DNA of 64,000 nucleotides. Origin: Callorhinchus milii. Lineage: Eukaryota. The stretch is from contig NW_024704809.1 of the NCBI RefSeq assembly GCF_018977255.1, positions 124,001 to 188,000 of the forward strand, given 5' to 3'. The notes beneath the pieces were generated by a model. The model had not been told where the DNA came from. It did no database searches and was given only the letters and a program-made list of their open reading frames with translations. The translations under genes were made by a program, and so were the position numbers. Positions 1 through 13,350 of this stretch are shown piece by piece (the first letter of the stretch is position 1; each line of letters starts with the position of its first letter).

Positions 1-73
1 TAAAAGGATTCAAATTGGTTTAACAATGGACCACAGCAACAAACACCAGAGCAGGACAGACACACAAACATAC

Positions 74-94
74 CCATTTGTCCAGATCAAGAGG
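74..94 (-). CDS. RYR1: RYR1 21-nt microexon (PLDLDKW)
   Basis: Pyrimidine tract, AAG acceptor, 21 nt, GTATGT donor; aligns with the RYR2 segment QVDVEKW at the same position. Confidence 0.75.
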
Positions 95-3000
95 CTTGCA
101 TAGTGGATAAAATGAAAAGCAAAAAAAGCACATTATTTTCAAGTTGGACCACTTTCTGGACTGTCCTTCCATAATTCCAGTCGCCAATAGCAATACAATA
201 TGCATGCAACACAACAAAGTAGGTATTTGGACATGTCTAAATCCACCTATACATGATTACATTATGACCATATGGTGACAAGGTGCATTGAAGTTTTTAT
301 TTCTTGACTAGCTATTCTAAATCTGTAAATTGGACAAAACGCATTTAACGTTACGACTTCAATATCTTAACCTTAATAATTACATTTACACAAGTTACAA
401 ACTGCAAATTTTTCTAATACTGTCAAACAGGTTTACTCGAAAAAACACTGTGAATACATAGAATCAAAGATTCGCTTCTCTGATCAGAATCCGAAGCGTG
501 TAAACATTGTGCTTAAAGACAACAGTTAAAATCAAATCGACTACATTTAACTATTCACTTAGATCACAATGTAATATATACAAACTTTTTTTAAACAGTG
601 AAATCGATATACTCACTTAATTTGACCCAATTTATTGGTCAGTGTATTGGATCAGTCTGAGATTGGTTTACTGATAGGTGATATGAGCTAATCAAACATT
701 TTACTCCTGTAATTGACACAAAACAACAACAACAACAACAAGATTCCATTTATAAAGCGCCTTTCACGTCAGGAGGACGTCCCAAGGCGCTGCACAGTTG
801 GGTCATGACCCGAGCAGGGGGGAAATGGTGAGGGGAGGGAGCAAGGAGGGTGGAAATGGTCAGGGGGAGGGATGGGAGGGAGCTGGAAGGGGGAAGAGAG
901 TCGAGAGGGGAGCTGAAGGCTCGGTCAAAGAGAAAGGTTTTGAGACCGGTCTTGAAGGAGGAAAGGGAGGAGGCGGCGAAGGCACTGGGGGATAGAGTTC
1001 CAGAGCCTCGGGGCTGAGAGGCTGAAGGCCCGACCACCAATGGTAGGGCGATTGGGGCGGGGGACGTGGAGCGGACCGGAGCCAGAGGAACGGAGGGTAC
1101 GGGCAGGTAGGTAGGGGGATAGTAGGTTGGAGAGGTAGGAGGGAGCAAGGCCGTGAATGGCCTTGTAGGTGAGGATGAGGATCTTGAAATCAATCCTCTG
1201 GGGGATGGGGAGCCAGTGGAGGCGAGCGAGGGTGGGAGTGATGTGGTCCCGAAGCCTGGTGCGGGACAGTACACGAGCTGCAGAGTTCTGAATGACAAAT
1301 TGCAATTGAAATTGGATTTATGTGGTGGTAGACATCCACGGCTTCTTCTAGGAGGTGGAAATGGGACACATCGGGTAAGAAAGGTGAATCCGATGGAAGA
1401 CCCACTAGATCAGAAGGCCACAAAAGTAACAGCTGATCAACATCAAAATTCTGCTATCTCAAAGGCCTAAGAGTAAGGTTGCAGATAATGAGATCTTCAA
1501 TTTCAGATCACAAAAGAGGTTCAACCAGAAACATGTCATGGAGGAACTAATAATAGATGGGGAGGTTTGAGCTTTCAGGCTTCAGAAAATATGAGATATT
1601 TGGGATCTTATCATGGAAAATCACAATTCTTACAATGTGCACAACAATAAAATTGGACTCAAGTGTTGCAGATATTCTAAGCTAACTCAACAGATCCCAT
1701 GTTGTGAGGCCATGTTGTGCCAATATGGGATTACAAAGATTACCGTTATTATTCACTGCCTAAAGTGTCTAGAGATTTGAGGAAAATCATAATAACAATC
1801 TCTGCCTTCCCTCACCCCTACACCACCCCTCCCCACCCCATGCTCGTGCCCCGACACCTGACTGTTCAGCTCTTTGGGATGTCCTCCCGACGTGAAAGGC
1901 GCTCTATAAATGTAATTTTGTTGTTGTTGTACTAAGTCAGAAGGTGTGAATTCAAGCCCGATGTCAGGACTTTGAACTCACAGTCTACATTGACACTCCA
2001 ATGAAGCATTTTTCGAGATTCCATCCTTTGGATGAGACATTAAATCAAGGTCCAGTCTGGCTCTTTAGGTGGACATTAAAGATCCCATCCCATTTAGGTG
2101 GACATTAAAGATCCCATCCCATTTAGGTGGACATTAAAGATCCCATGGACATTAAAGATTCCCCAAATAAAATTGGTCACTCACTTCAAAGTTGTCTGTA
2201 GACATTGTTGGTGCACAAATTTACTGCCCCATTAGCCTACAAAATACAGTCACTACACTTCACAGTAAAATGCTGTGAAGCACTTTGGAATGTTTTGATT
2301 ACCCTTTGGAACTCCAGCCCTCACCTCCTTCAAGAACCATCTCAAGATCCTTCTCTTCAACCACGCTTTCGGCCACACTCCTACCCCTACCCTCCCTGCC
2401 CTTCACCCCTCCTGATCCAAAACCCCAGCCTGGGTCCAAATCTGACTGTCCAGTGCCTTGGGACATCTGCCCCATGTGAACGGCACTGTGTAAATGTCAT
2501 TTGTTGTCGCTGATGATGAAGCAAAGTCTTTAAAATGTATTAATTACAACAAATAGCAGTCGAGAATGTTTGTTCACACCAACCAATCATCTAAATGATT
2601 CTAGACATGCAAGGAGAGAGCTCAATGTGTTACAATGAAAAGGCATGTCTCGAATATCCTGGAAACAGTTTAACATATTGATTTAGACAGATTGAGAGAC
2701 GCCGAGAGACCTGTGAGCCAGCACCTCACCATTTCCCCTCCCTCCTGTGGCACCAGATCCTGCCATTATCCAGCAGTTTGTGGAGGATCCCTAGAAGTCG
2801 ATGTTCACTGAAAACAGTAACTAGCCGAAAAATTGTTCCGGGAGATAACTTGGAGTGCAGTCAATTATTATCAGCATATTATGTCAGGCAGTCCTGAGAA
2901 CAACAACTGTTAGAAAATAGCTCTATGTGGACAACATCACCCAGTACACCCAATTTTCTTCTTCAATAGCTCCACTGTGAATTTGAATTTGCTGTAAGCA

Positions 3001-6000
3001 TCATGCAATATCTGGAAGATTTTCACCCTTTACATGAAACGGCATGATTAAAATGAAAGCTCTGGGTGGCAGTGATTTACACATTTGTAAGCATGAATCG
3101 ATGACGATGAATACATTTAGCATGCTCAATGAAAAGCTGAAACAAAGTCTTGAATGACATTTTAGTTCGTAGAACAAAATAATAAAATCTGCTGGGTACA
3201 AAGTCGAAATGTTGTGGATATATCTCCTGACTTTATAAACCCACCAAATGTATTAAACCAAATCCTGATGGTTTAAACACATTGACTGATATTCCCTATA
3301 TTTAGTCAAATATTTGCAGTTTAAGGCAGGGCTGTCCAATGTGTGAACCACTAGCACAGAAGGAGATCATTCTATTCTATTGAGAAACGCCATGAATCAA
3401 GAAATGTTCTAAATTACCTCTATGGTTTCATCTGCAATGGGCAACCAAGCATTTGAAGAACTGTGGCTAACCACTATTTTAGTATGTGAGCAGTTGTCTT
3501 AGTACTTTCATTGACTGGCAGATAGAGCAGTGAGTAAGAACAACACAAACTAACTGGAATAGAACCTCAAACATCCAGTAGCACAATTAACTAAAAGATT
3601 TCAGTTTGACACAAAAAAAAAGCATGAGAAATACTGACAGTGATTCAGTCAAAGGTTTGCTGCCCATAAAAAATCACCAAAAGATTTATTAATAAATTTT
3701 GAGATTTATCAAATAAATCATTTTTTAAAATATTTTATAATTTATAATAATATTTTTTACAACAACACATGTATGCAGAAAGTTTGGTTCAACTTTTAAG
3801 AATTAAGAGGCACATTGATTAAAATGCAGGTAATGCTCATGCCCTCCTCACCAGTCTCCCTAGCTCCACTATCCACAAAATCCAACAAATCCCAAACTCT
3901 CCCACCATATACTCACCCGCTCTAAACTCTGCACCACCAAGACATCAGTCTTTGCCAGGCTCCACTGGCTCCCTATTGCAGAATGGATCAACTTCAAGAA
4001 CCTCACACTCGTCTTCAAATCCCTTCATAACTTGGCACCTCCCTACCTCTCTGACCTGCTTACTAACCCCACTCCACCACCCTCCGCTTCCGCTTGGCTG
4101 CCTCCAGCCTTCTGCTTGTTCTCTCGTTCTCTCTGTGTACTATTCGCTTCTCAATGAGCCATTTTATAGTCTTACCTCATTGCCTTGGACAGTGTTTGCC
4201 AGCATCTCTTGCAAGGCTCGCACAGAGAGAGATTGCTGAAGCACGAAGCTGCAAATTGCAAGGTCTGGAGGAACATTCTAAATTCGGGAAGAACATGAAA
4301 TGTTATTAACGTACTGATAGATTTGAAGTAATCAACAACAACGAAAAACAAATTTCAGTCAAAAAGTTGAAGAATTCATCTATTCAGATTTCTTACTGAA
4401 TTCACTAAAGAATTAAGGCTGAAATGTTACAGTCTGTTAGGGTCTGGAATGCATTGCCTGAAAGGACAGTGGAAACAGATTCAACATCAACTTTCAAAAG
4501 GGAATTAGATAGGTACTTGAAAAGGAAACATTTACAAGCATATGGGGAAAGAGCAGGGGAGTGGGTTTGATTGGGTAGCTCTTCCGACATAGGCACGATG
4601 GGCCGAATGGCCTCCTTCTGTGCTGTAATATTCTCTGATTCTAATATTAAAGGAGGTAAAATACTTGTTTACTAAACTCATCTATTCCAATCTGCTATTT
4701 CAGATCACTCTCTAGAATAAGGAAACATGAATTTTGTTATTGATAGCATGTCTAAGCTTCTACTCTTAAAGAGTTTAAGTTTCCAGTTTGTAATCCTATT
4801 TTGAATTTATTACCCAGTTAATAAACAATCCTAGTTAATCTATCACAATTATTTGTGATAGTAGTTTCAACAATTGGTTAGTGTTGTATAAATTCAGATG
4901 TGATTGTTCTTAGGAGGTAAATCATGCGATCAGGAAGATCCAACAGAAAATACTTGGAGGGTTAAAAAGCTCCTTTGGCCCATTTGACCTCATCCCTCCA
5001 GAATACCCACCTTACCATCCTCCCATCAGAGTCAAGCTGCTTTTTAAATGAGTCCAGTGTCCAGGTTACAACCAGCCTTCCTGACAATCTTTTCCAGCCG
5101 TTCTTTATACTCTGGGTAAAGAAGAACTTTCTGGTGTCTGGGCTGAAATTGTCTTTTGTAACTGCGAACCTATATCCTCTTGTTCTGTCTTGGTGCATCT
5201 TAAAGGTTCCAGGTTTACTTTCTTAATCCCATTTATATTTTTATGCACCTCTATGACACACAAATATCCTACTAAAATCAAATGTTATGTTGAATAAAGC
5301 CCAGTAAAGTGTTGGCTGATTAAAAGAGAACAGTGGAATGACATTTCTTCTGCTTCACACATTTCTAAAGATTCTATTCTTAGCAGGACTGTGCCGCTTC
5401 CACCCCCTCATCAATTATCCACCCAAAGACTTGTCAAACCTGACCCGAGCTGGAACAGGAATAGCAAAAGGATAGACTGCGATTTTTTTTTAGTCACCAA
5501 AATTACGGAGTATAAAATATTTACTGCATTCTAACGTGAAAAATAATGTGTTTTTAAGGAAAAGTGAGAAAACCCATTGTGTAATAATAGTTAAATGTCA
5601 GTAAGGAGGCAAGAATCACTGTCAGATTCCTTTGGGAAGCAGTCGATTTTACTGCTGTGATAGCAGCTGACTATCCAGTGCTATCAATGTTGTTCTTGTG
5701 TTCTACTTTTCAGCCATGAGTGTCCCATATTCGTCTGCCGATTTGGGTTTCCTTGACAACCAGCAAGAGATTGAACCATCTACTTCCAGGTGTTGCAAAC
5801 ACGTTAGAAATGTACACCATTCTTCTGGTCCCGCCACAGGTCACACATCCATTTGAATTCCAAATTACACCATCAGTTTTCAGTTAAAATAAATGAATGA
5901 ATGTTGCAGAAACTGAAGCAATAAGGAGCCATCTAGTGCTTTTACAATTTTAGTTAAATTTAAAAGAGGACATTCCGTTTTTTTCCTAATACGTTAAACA

Positions 6001-9000
6001 AATTATGTTAAGTCCATAAGTAGACACCTCAAAGGAAACAAATAAAGAATAGTACAGGGGCTAATATTAGATAAATAATTATTGAATGACATCTCTCATT
6101 CAGAAAGTAATAATAATAATCCTTGCATTTGATATAGCGTCCTATCAGGTCTTCAAGACGTCTCAAAGCGCTTCACAGAATATACTGTAAAGTGAATTAA
6201 CTGTATATTTTGTGGGCGAACCAAGGCAGCCAATTGTACACTGCAGTCTCCCACAAACAATCGTGGATTGAGTCGCAAATTTATTATTATTATTATTAAA
6301 AGAAAAAAGAACCCAGTTATTCAGCAATTACCCATTTCCATAGGATACTTCCTTCAAGTATCCCTTACAGTGCATTTATTTAGCAGAGTGGAAATACCTT
6401 TGCGTTTGATGTAGATTCAAGGAAGCAGAGTCGATTACCAAATCCTTCAGCGGCAAGGCAGAGTTTTATTTGCTGTTTGACAACAGTTGCAGTGCATTGT
6501 AGAACCACTTCATCACCCTATTGAAGAAAGGTAAAGACTATTAGTAAATCCAGAATATTGCCATTTTTTACTATTCTACAAAAGTTTCACAAAAAAGTCT
6601 TACTTTTTACCTCTTCCCTATCAAACTTTCTCTCTAAGATTTGAGCTGCCTCTTCCAATTCCACAGCATCCCTAACAAGCCCTAACTTGATGCCATCTGC
6701 TACCTTGTATTGAGCTTACAAATTCAAGCCATTTCTATATATACAAGGAGATACCAGCATGGATCCACAATAATGTGGATTTGATCCCCTTAATGCTCAG
6801 TGCTAACAGTCCCTCGTTAGATATTAAGGTATTACAATAACTTGACCTAGGTACAGCTTTTCATGCCAGAAGCGCTTTTAAATAAGCAATGTGGGACATG
6901 GAACAAAGTAGGAAGAGAGAAAAGGTGACTTCAAAGCACTTCTCAAGACTCTTCTTCCTTGACCACGCATTCGGCCACCCTCCTACCCACGCATTCGGCC
7001 ACCATCCTACCCTTGTGCCCCCACCCCCCTCCAAACCCAACCCCCTACTCGGGTCCAAATTCCTGACTGTCCAGCACCTTGGGACATCCTCTGGATGTGA
7101 AAGGCACTGAAAACAATGTAATTTGTTGTTGAATCCCACTCAAATTGGAATGTCAAAAAAAAATCCATGGTTGTTCAGAGAAGATACAAGGCTTCTAAAG
7201 CCACAATGGATGTCATTATTTGATTATAGCATTTTTTTTATTTGATCCAGTGCTCCTACTCTACCCAAAGTTGTTGTTTTTTTGTGTACAGTTGCAGTTT
7301 AAATTGGTCTGGATGATACAAGTTCACCCATGTGCGAAGAAGACAGTAGCATAATATCTATATGAATCAGCAGTGGAAAGCCTTGTAGTATTTCAGGAAT
7401 GTGATATTTGATGCTCATATGGAGTATTGCCATTTTAACTCTTTCAGCCTCCAGATCATAATGCAGCTCAGCAGGTGAAAGACTATTTTGATGCATATTT
7501 TCCTAGCAGACAGCTGGGCCTCAAATGTTTTGTAGTTCTTGGTGAGCTTGTAGTGAGGAGCTGAGCAAAGCACTAGCCAACTCCTAAAATAACATCTATT
7601 AAGTCTAACGGCAGATTATTACTGTAAATATTTTAGTAAAGAAAGCTAATTTAATTTTGTGCTTAATTTGATTTCTACCTGATGTATCAAATATTAAATG
7701 GGAACATACTTCAGGAGTGTTTGCCAGCATGAAATAGTTGAAGGAAAATTCAAGTAAGCTGCCTGGGCACTCCCAGTGTAGAAGGTAGTGTCATTGAGGG
7801 TAATTTGCTTATATTAACATAGGCACTCACTCTGAAGAGAAAGGGACATCGCTGTGATGCAGGGAAACTGGTTGACTTTGAAATTTAGCAAAGAAATTGT
7901 GCCTGGCTAATTTAAAGAGTTAACCAAAATTGTGGATTATTATTGTATGAGGCAATTGGAATAGATGTTCATTTGGATTTGAGGAAGGCATTCAAATAGT
8001 TGTGGCATTTTATAGAGAGTTGTGGCTAAAATTAAAGTACGTGGAGGAGACTGAACAGTGGAGGGTGGTAGGATAAATGGTAGCATTCAAGCATTGTTCA
8101 TTCAAAGTGGGATTGCGGATAGCAAAGGGCAAACAGAATTCTAATAATAATCCTTGCATATGACTTAGTTCCTTTCACATTGAGAGGGCATTTCACTGGA
8201 TTCATTGTAAAATGCAGGACCTATATGGAGGTGGTTCTACGGCAATTTGCCCCACAAATAACAATATCTGGGTTTTATATGGAAGCTATTAAATACAAAA
8301 CTTTTTTTGCCCCAGAGTTGTCAGGGCGTGGAATAATTTGCCAGTAGTAGGTGTTGAGGCAGAGTCAACTGGAAACACAAGAAAAATGGACCAACTGTGT
8401 CACATGATTCAATGGTTGAAGGAGGGAGAGAGAAAGTGAGACAACATTAAGAATGAGTATCAGTCTTACAAGGTTGATGCAAGTTTGTGATGATCAAATA
8501 GACTGTAACATTTGGATGATAATCTCCTTAGTCAAAGCAGTAAGGAGCCAACACACAAATGTACCCAATAATGTACAAGTCCGTCCCAAAATAACCCTTA
8601 CATTCTCTGTGGCTGATCCCATTGCCAAAATACAATTGTGCGCTGGAGCTCACATCCCCCAAGCTCCAACATCAACGTATACTGATCTAATTCCTCTTGA
8701 AAATGTCAACACTATCCACCTCCTCCTTGATGTATAGAATTGTGCAGGTGAATAATGTCAAGTCTCACTTATTTCTATTGATTGTTACTGTTTTATGCAC
8801 TCCTCTCAAGGTTAAAAATATCCTACGTTTCCATTCATTTCAATGATGTTTTTCCCTCAAACAAATCTCAGAGGTTTCAGCAGGCTTGGCAAATATTAAT
8901 ATAGTATCACCTTATGTTGAGCATGTCAGTGAAGACAACCCTGGGGGCTGAGATTTATTGCCAGTTCTGTTGCCTTGGTTGCTAATATCAGAGTTGTTAC

Positions 9001-11415
9001 ATAGAATAGTTTGTGTGAATGTTATGTGAATGAAGACTCGCATAAAATTTGTGGCAGCAAAACTACTTTAGATATCTTAACTCCTAAATTCACCTTTATA
9101 AGTCAATGATGATAAGCCTTGCAATTGATATACAGTAAATTCCGAAGAACTCATTACTCGGTGGGAAAATGGGTTACTGACGAGTTATCAGATATGGCAA
9201 GTTAGATATAGTTTCTCCCTCTGGCCACAGTGAGCACGAATACACCAACATAACTGACTGCCGCTGGGCAGAGCGAGCAGCTGTCAGCGTGACAGAGTGG
9301 CCTCAGCCCATGCGATTGTCAGTTTATTTGTTAAAACCCATTTAAGTTAAGTATAAGTTTGCTGAAGCTTATGCTCGTGGGCCCCTTGTGCTACACTCGT
9401 TCACTTAGTCAGCACCCAGACGCTGCATCTGAATAAGCGCCCAACCTCCGCCGAGCGCCCGCACCAGTCACAACATAAGGTGGGAGACCACGGAGTGGCC
9501 CTCTAACAGCCCACGGCTTCCACAATGATCTAAGCATGTACACCTAACCTCTGCCAAACACCGCACCAGCCATAAGACGCCATCTTACAGGACGCGTTAT
9601 CAAATCAATTCTATGTTGTAAATAGTTGAGAGAATTTCTAGAATTCGACGAACTACATGTTAAGCAGAATGACAAGTAAAGCAATGTCCAATGTTTTGTG
9701 TGCAAGTCATAAACCAGTGAATAAAAATGACATCAGAATGAGGGCAGCTCCAGAAAGCCTGGGCTCTGTGCCTGACAAGGGAGCAGGCACAACCTCCCCG
9801 GTGGATTCATTTACACCAACTAAATATAAGACAGAATGTGTATTCTCAGCACATGTAACACATCAACTCGCAACGGTTAATGCGAGAGCAACAACGTGCC
9901 ACGTTAGTGGTGCAAAAAATCATCCTCCCAAAAAAGTTGCACAGAAAAGAAAGCATGGTCTTGCCCTAGATAAACTCTTTCCATTCGCAAAGTATTGCCC
10001 TGAAAATGACAACCTTGTTTTTTTGGATGTTCAGAGGAATCACTGGGAAGGTCATTAAAAGTCTCAATTTACATACAGCAACTTAAATCACATGTTTGGA
10101 TGATTCGGTCATATGAAACTCACAAGTTGAAACTCATTTTTTAGAAGATGTTGTTAAAGACTTTTGTCAGCGTTCCCTCTGGTCTGGAAATGGTAACCCA
10201 AATTTATCTACATTTCCTACTCTCTCTGCTAAAGTGGTGCAGCAGTTTCTGTAATTGAGCCAAAATTACACTTAGAAAAAACTACATAAGCACACATATG
10301 TAGACTTAATAATAATAACAATAACAATGCATTATGTAGACTTAATACGGGTCAAACTCCCACTCTTCATTTATTTCAAATAGTAATTCTTAACATGCAC
10401 TGTAAGATGCGAGTCAGAATTTGTATTCCTNNNNNNNNNNNNNNNNNNNNNNNNNNNNNNNNNNNNNNNNNNNNNNNNNNNNNNNNNNNNNNNNNNNNNN
10501 NNNNNNNNNNNNNNNNNNNNNNNNNNNNNNNNNNNNNNNNNNNNNNNNNNNNNNNNNNNNNNNNNNNNNNNNNNNNNNNNNNNNNNNNNNNNNNNNNNNN
10601 NNNNNNNNNNNNNNNNNNNNNNNNNNNNNNNNNNNNNNNNNNNNNNNNNNNNNNNNNNNNNNNNNNNNNNNNNNNNNNNNNNNNNNNNNNNNNNNNNNNN
10701 NNNNNNNNNNNNNNNNNNNNNNNNNNNNNNNNNNNNNNNNNNNNNNNNNNNNNNNNNNNNNNNNNNNNNNNNNNNNNNNNNNNNNNNNNNNNNNNNNNNN
10801 NNNNNNNNNNNNNNNNNNNNNNNNNNNNNNNNNNNNNNNNNNNNNNNNNNNNNNNNNNNNNNNNNNNNNNNNNNNNNNNNNNNNNNNNNNNNNNNNNNNN
10901 NNNNNNNNNNNNNNNNNNNNNNNNNNNNNNNNNNNNNNNNNNNNNNNNNNNNNNNNNNNNNNNNNNNNNNNNNNNNNNNNNNNNNNNNNNNNNNNNNNNN
11001 NNNNNNNNNNNNNNNNNNNNNNNNNNNNNNNNNNNNNNNNNNNNNNNNNNNGCAGTTTGTTTCTCCACGTTGAGTCACTGGGAAAGTCCAGGGGAATCAT
11101 TCCCAGAGACAACCCATTTTTCTTCAGAAGCTTTCCCTACCAGGCGCGCAAGAAATAATCTAAAATTTTTTTAAAAAAGCATATCCAGCCATAAAGGCTG
11201 TGCGTGTGCATATACATATATATATACACACACATACCTATAAAAAAATAACAACAACAATTCTCCTCAGTGCTTATTCACACCATCCTTTTACAAGGTC
11301 CCCCCCCCCTGTATTTGACAGGCGGATGGCGCAGAAGCTGTCGGCGATTAATAAGTGACTGACTCACAGTTCTGAGGAACTGAATCTCCTCTTCTCCTTC
11401 TGCCCCTTCAGCCAT
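74..11415 (-). CDS. RYR1: Ryanodine receptor 1, 5' part (continues beyond window start)
   Basis: Exons with GT-AG boundaries, all phase 0: 11415-11368 [16 protein letters not shown]; 6517-6398 [40 protein letters not shown]; 4277-4176 [34 protein letters not shown]; microexon 94-74 PLDLDKW. DLAIC and linkage to RASGRP4/FAM98C/PSMD8 favour RYR1 over RYR2/3. Confidence 0.92.
722..1295 (-). mobile_element. L2-clade LINE 3' fragment
   Basis: ORF2 C-terminus [53 protein letters not shown], then 3' UTR and (TTG)n tail at 722-740. Confidence 0.88.
1935..2290 (+). mobile_element. Old Deu-domain-type SINE
   Basis: Core GGATGAGACATTAAA...AGGTGGACATTAAAGATCCCAT (locally triplicated) and SINE tail. Related cores near 14640, 24770 and 27840. 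Confidence 0.6.
4176..4277 (-). CDS. RYR1: RYR1 exon 3
   Basis: 102 nt, TAG acceptor and GTAAG donor; contains [15 protein letters not shown]. Confidence 0.95.
4415..4645 (+). mobile_element. CR1 LINE 3' end
   Basis: Degenerate WNALP..V.A.S...FKRELD segment and terminal GGCCGAATGGCCTCCTTCTGTGCTGTAA. Confidence 0.75.
4965..5255 (-). mobile_element. CR1 LINE 3' end
   Basis: [24 protein letters not shown]1 ORF2 C-terminus. Confidence 0.7.
6398..6517 (-). CDS. RYR1: RYR1 exon 2
   Basis: 120 nt, TAG acceptor and GTATTT donor; contains [17 protein letters not shown]. Confidence 0.95.
10431..11051. other. Assembly gap (621 N) in RYR1 intron 1
   Basis: Run of N. Confidence 1.
11368..11415 (-). 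CDS. RYR1: RYR1 coding exon 1
   Basis: Kozak GCCATGG; 48 nt encoding [16 protein letters not shown], followed by GTGAGT donor. Confidence 0.93.
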
Positions 11416-11419
11416 GGCT

Positions 11420-12020
11420 GGCTCACTCCTTCCTCCCTCACTCCCTCACTCACTCCCCTCACGCTCCGCTCGCAGCTGACTGACTGCCTGACTGACTGAC
11501 TCGACTGACTGCCTCTCTGCCGCTCGCCCCGGACTGAGCGCCAAACCCCCCACGCGCGCGCGCGCGCACGCACGCACACACGCACACGCAGACCGACCCC
11601 GCCCCACAGACGCCGAACGCCCCGCCCTCTTCCACCCATTGGACGACTCGCGGGGGGGAGGCGCCGGCAGACGATTGGCGGGGTGGCTGCCCGGCGCGCG
11701 CGGCGGCGCGTGGGGGGGTGGGGCCGCGTGCCCCGGACTTGGCGGTTGGGCGCGAGGCTCCGGGTGGGCGGAGGGGGCGAGGTCACGTGCCCCGGAGTGG
11801 CAGTTGGTCGCGAGGCTCCGGGTGAGGTCACGTGCCCCGGAGTGGCAGTTGGTCGCGAGGCGTGGGGGGGGGGGTTGACATCGACGACGACGACAACTTG
11901 CATTCACACAGCAACCCCTCACGTGGGGGCAACGTCCCAGAGCGCCTGACGGGGGGAGCACGGACCCGTAGCCGGGGGGGCGGGCGGGCGTGGGGCGGGT
12001 GGGGGAGAGAAGAGGGGGTG
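11420..12020 (-). promoter_or_regulatory. CpG-island promoter / 5' UTR of RYR1
   Basis: Very high CpG density directly upstream of the ATG; GC boxes, ATTGG (CCAAT) near 11638 and 11674, three CACGTG E-boxes. Confidence 0.8.
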
Positions 12021-12799
12021 AGCGGGCGGGTGGGGTGAGGGGTGAGGGGTGGGAGGTGATTGGGCACTGTCGAAGAGGAAGGTCTTGAAGAAGGAAGGAA
12101 GGAAGGAACGAAGGCAGGGAATAGAGAGGGAGAGCTTTGACGGAGTCTCGGGGCGTCGCGGTTGAAAGCGTAGCGGCCGCCGATGGTGGAGCGGAGGGCA
12201 GGAGGGAGCCGGTCGAGTGGAGGCAATGGGTTGGGGGAAGGGTAAGCGGGTCGGAGAGGTAGGGAGGTAGGTGCCGGGGCGTGAGGAGACTCGTAATCAG
12301 GGGCCAGGGGCAAGGATGATGGGGTGATGGGGGTGCGAAGTTTGGTGAGGGTGGCCTTACTGGAAGGGAAAGGAGGGATGGAGGGAGGAGAGAGAAGTGG
12401 GAGGGAGATTAAATGATGGTGGTGGGGTCAAGCAGGACTCAAACCAAGAGAGTGCAGCCTTCTCCCTGAGCGGAGGACGAGGCGAGGTGGTGAATCCCTC
12501 CGCCTCGCTCCCTCTCTTGCCTCCTTCCTTCAAGGCACGGCTCAAGACCCTCCTTTTTGACCGTGCCTTCAGCCGTCTTCCTACCCCCCTCTCTGCCCTC
12601 CCTCATCCCAACCCTGTCCCCCCCCCCACCCCCCACACTTGGGGTCCTGATCCCAGACTGTTCAGCGCCTTGGGACGTCCTCCTGACATGAAAGGTGCTT
12701 TACAAATGTAATTTTGTTGGTGGTGTTAAGGAGGATGCGTATACCAACTATGTTGAAGGCAGCAGAGAGGGACAGGAGGACAAGGTGTCAGAGGGTACC

Positions 12800-13350
12800 C
12801 TGGCCACAGATAGAGAGGTGTAATTTGTGACGTGTCCAAGTAAAACGTTGGTGTCCACCACAACCTCCAGATACTTACGCGAATCAACAGTTGGGACAGA
12901 AGTTGTGTCTTCCGATTGATGCTTTCAAGGATCCCTCTCGAGCCGTGTGGAGCCATGGTACCACACTTTGCGGCACCCTCTATCACATCCCAGTGAGTAG
13001 CTCGGTACTCAAGATGGTGAGTGAACCGTAGAAGTTCTCCAGGTGAGTCTGTTAGTTGTACAATATCATCTGCAAACAGAAGCACTGCAAATAATCGGCC
13101 AGAAACGGCAGGAACAGATGCAATTTTTTTGCATATACCAATTCAAGCATTCCGCTATCCCGCTTGAAGGGCACTATATAAATGCAAGTTGTTGTTGTTT
13201 AATAAGGGGTGACAGAGGACAACCTTTCCTCCCCTCACTTTTGTGAGGGATAGGCTTGATGAGATTCCTATCACCCTTACGCAGATCTTGAAGCTGGAAT
13301 ACACATCTTGGATAAAATCCAAGATTTTACCATGTACACCCATATTAGGA
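12800..13350 (-). mobile_element. Degenerate non-LTR reverse transcriptase fragment
   Basis: Broken frames with GVHGKILDFIQDVY, (R)KGCPLSPL and LFADDIV RT motifs; interrupted by a short L2-type tail near 13155-13200. Confidence 0.65.

Noticed and set aside
2640-2830. Possible Penelope GIY-YIG remnant (PVSQHL-like)
   Set aside because: Too degenerate to support without a profile search.
10371-11174. Five long ORFs of 230-259 aa
   Set aside because: Artefacts of the N gap.
11368-11415. Calling the gene RYR3 because it starts MAEG and neighbours a gremlin
   Set aside because: Exon 3 (NVPPDLAIC) and linkage to RASGRP4/FAM98C/PSMD8 fit RYR1 better; a phylogeny would settle it.
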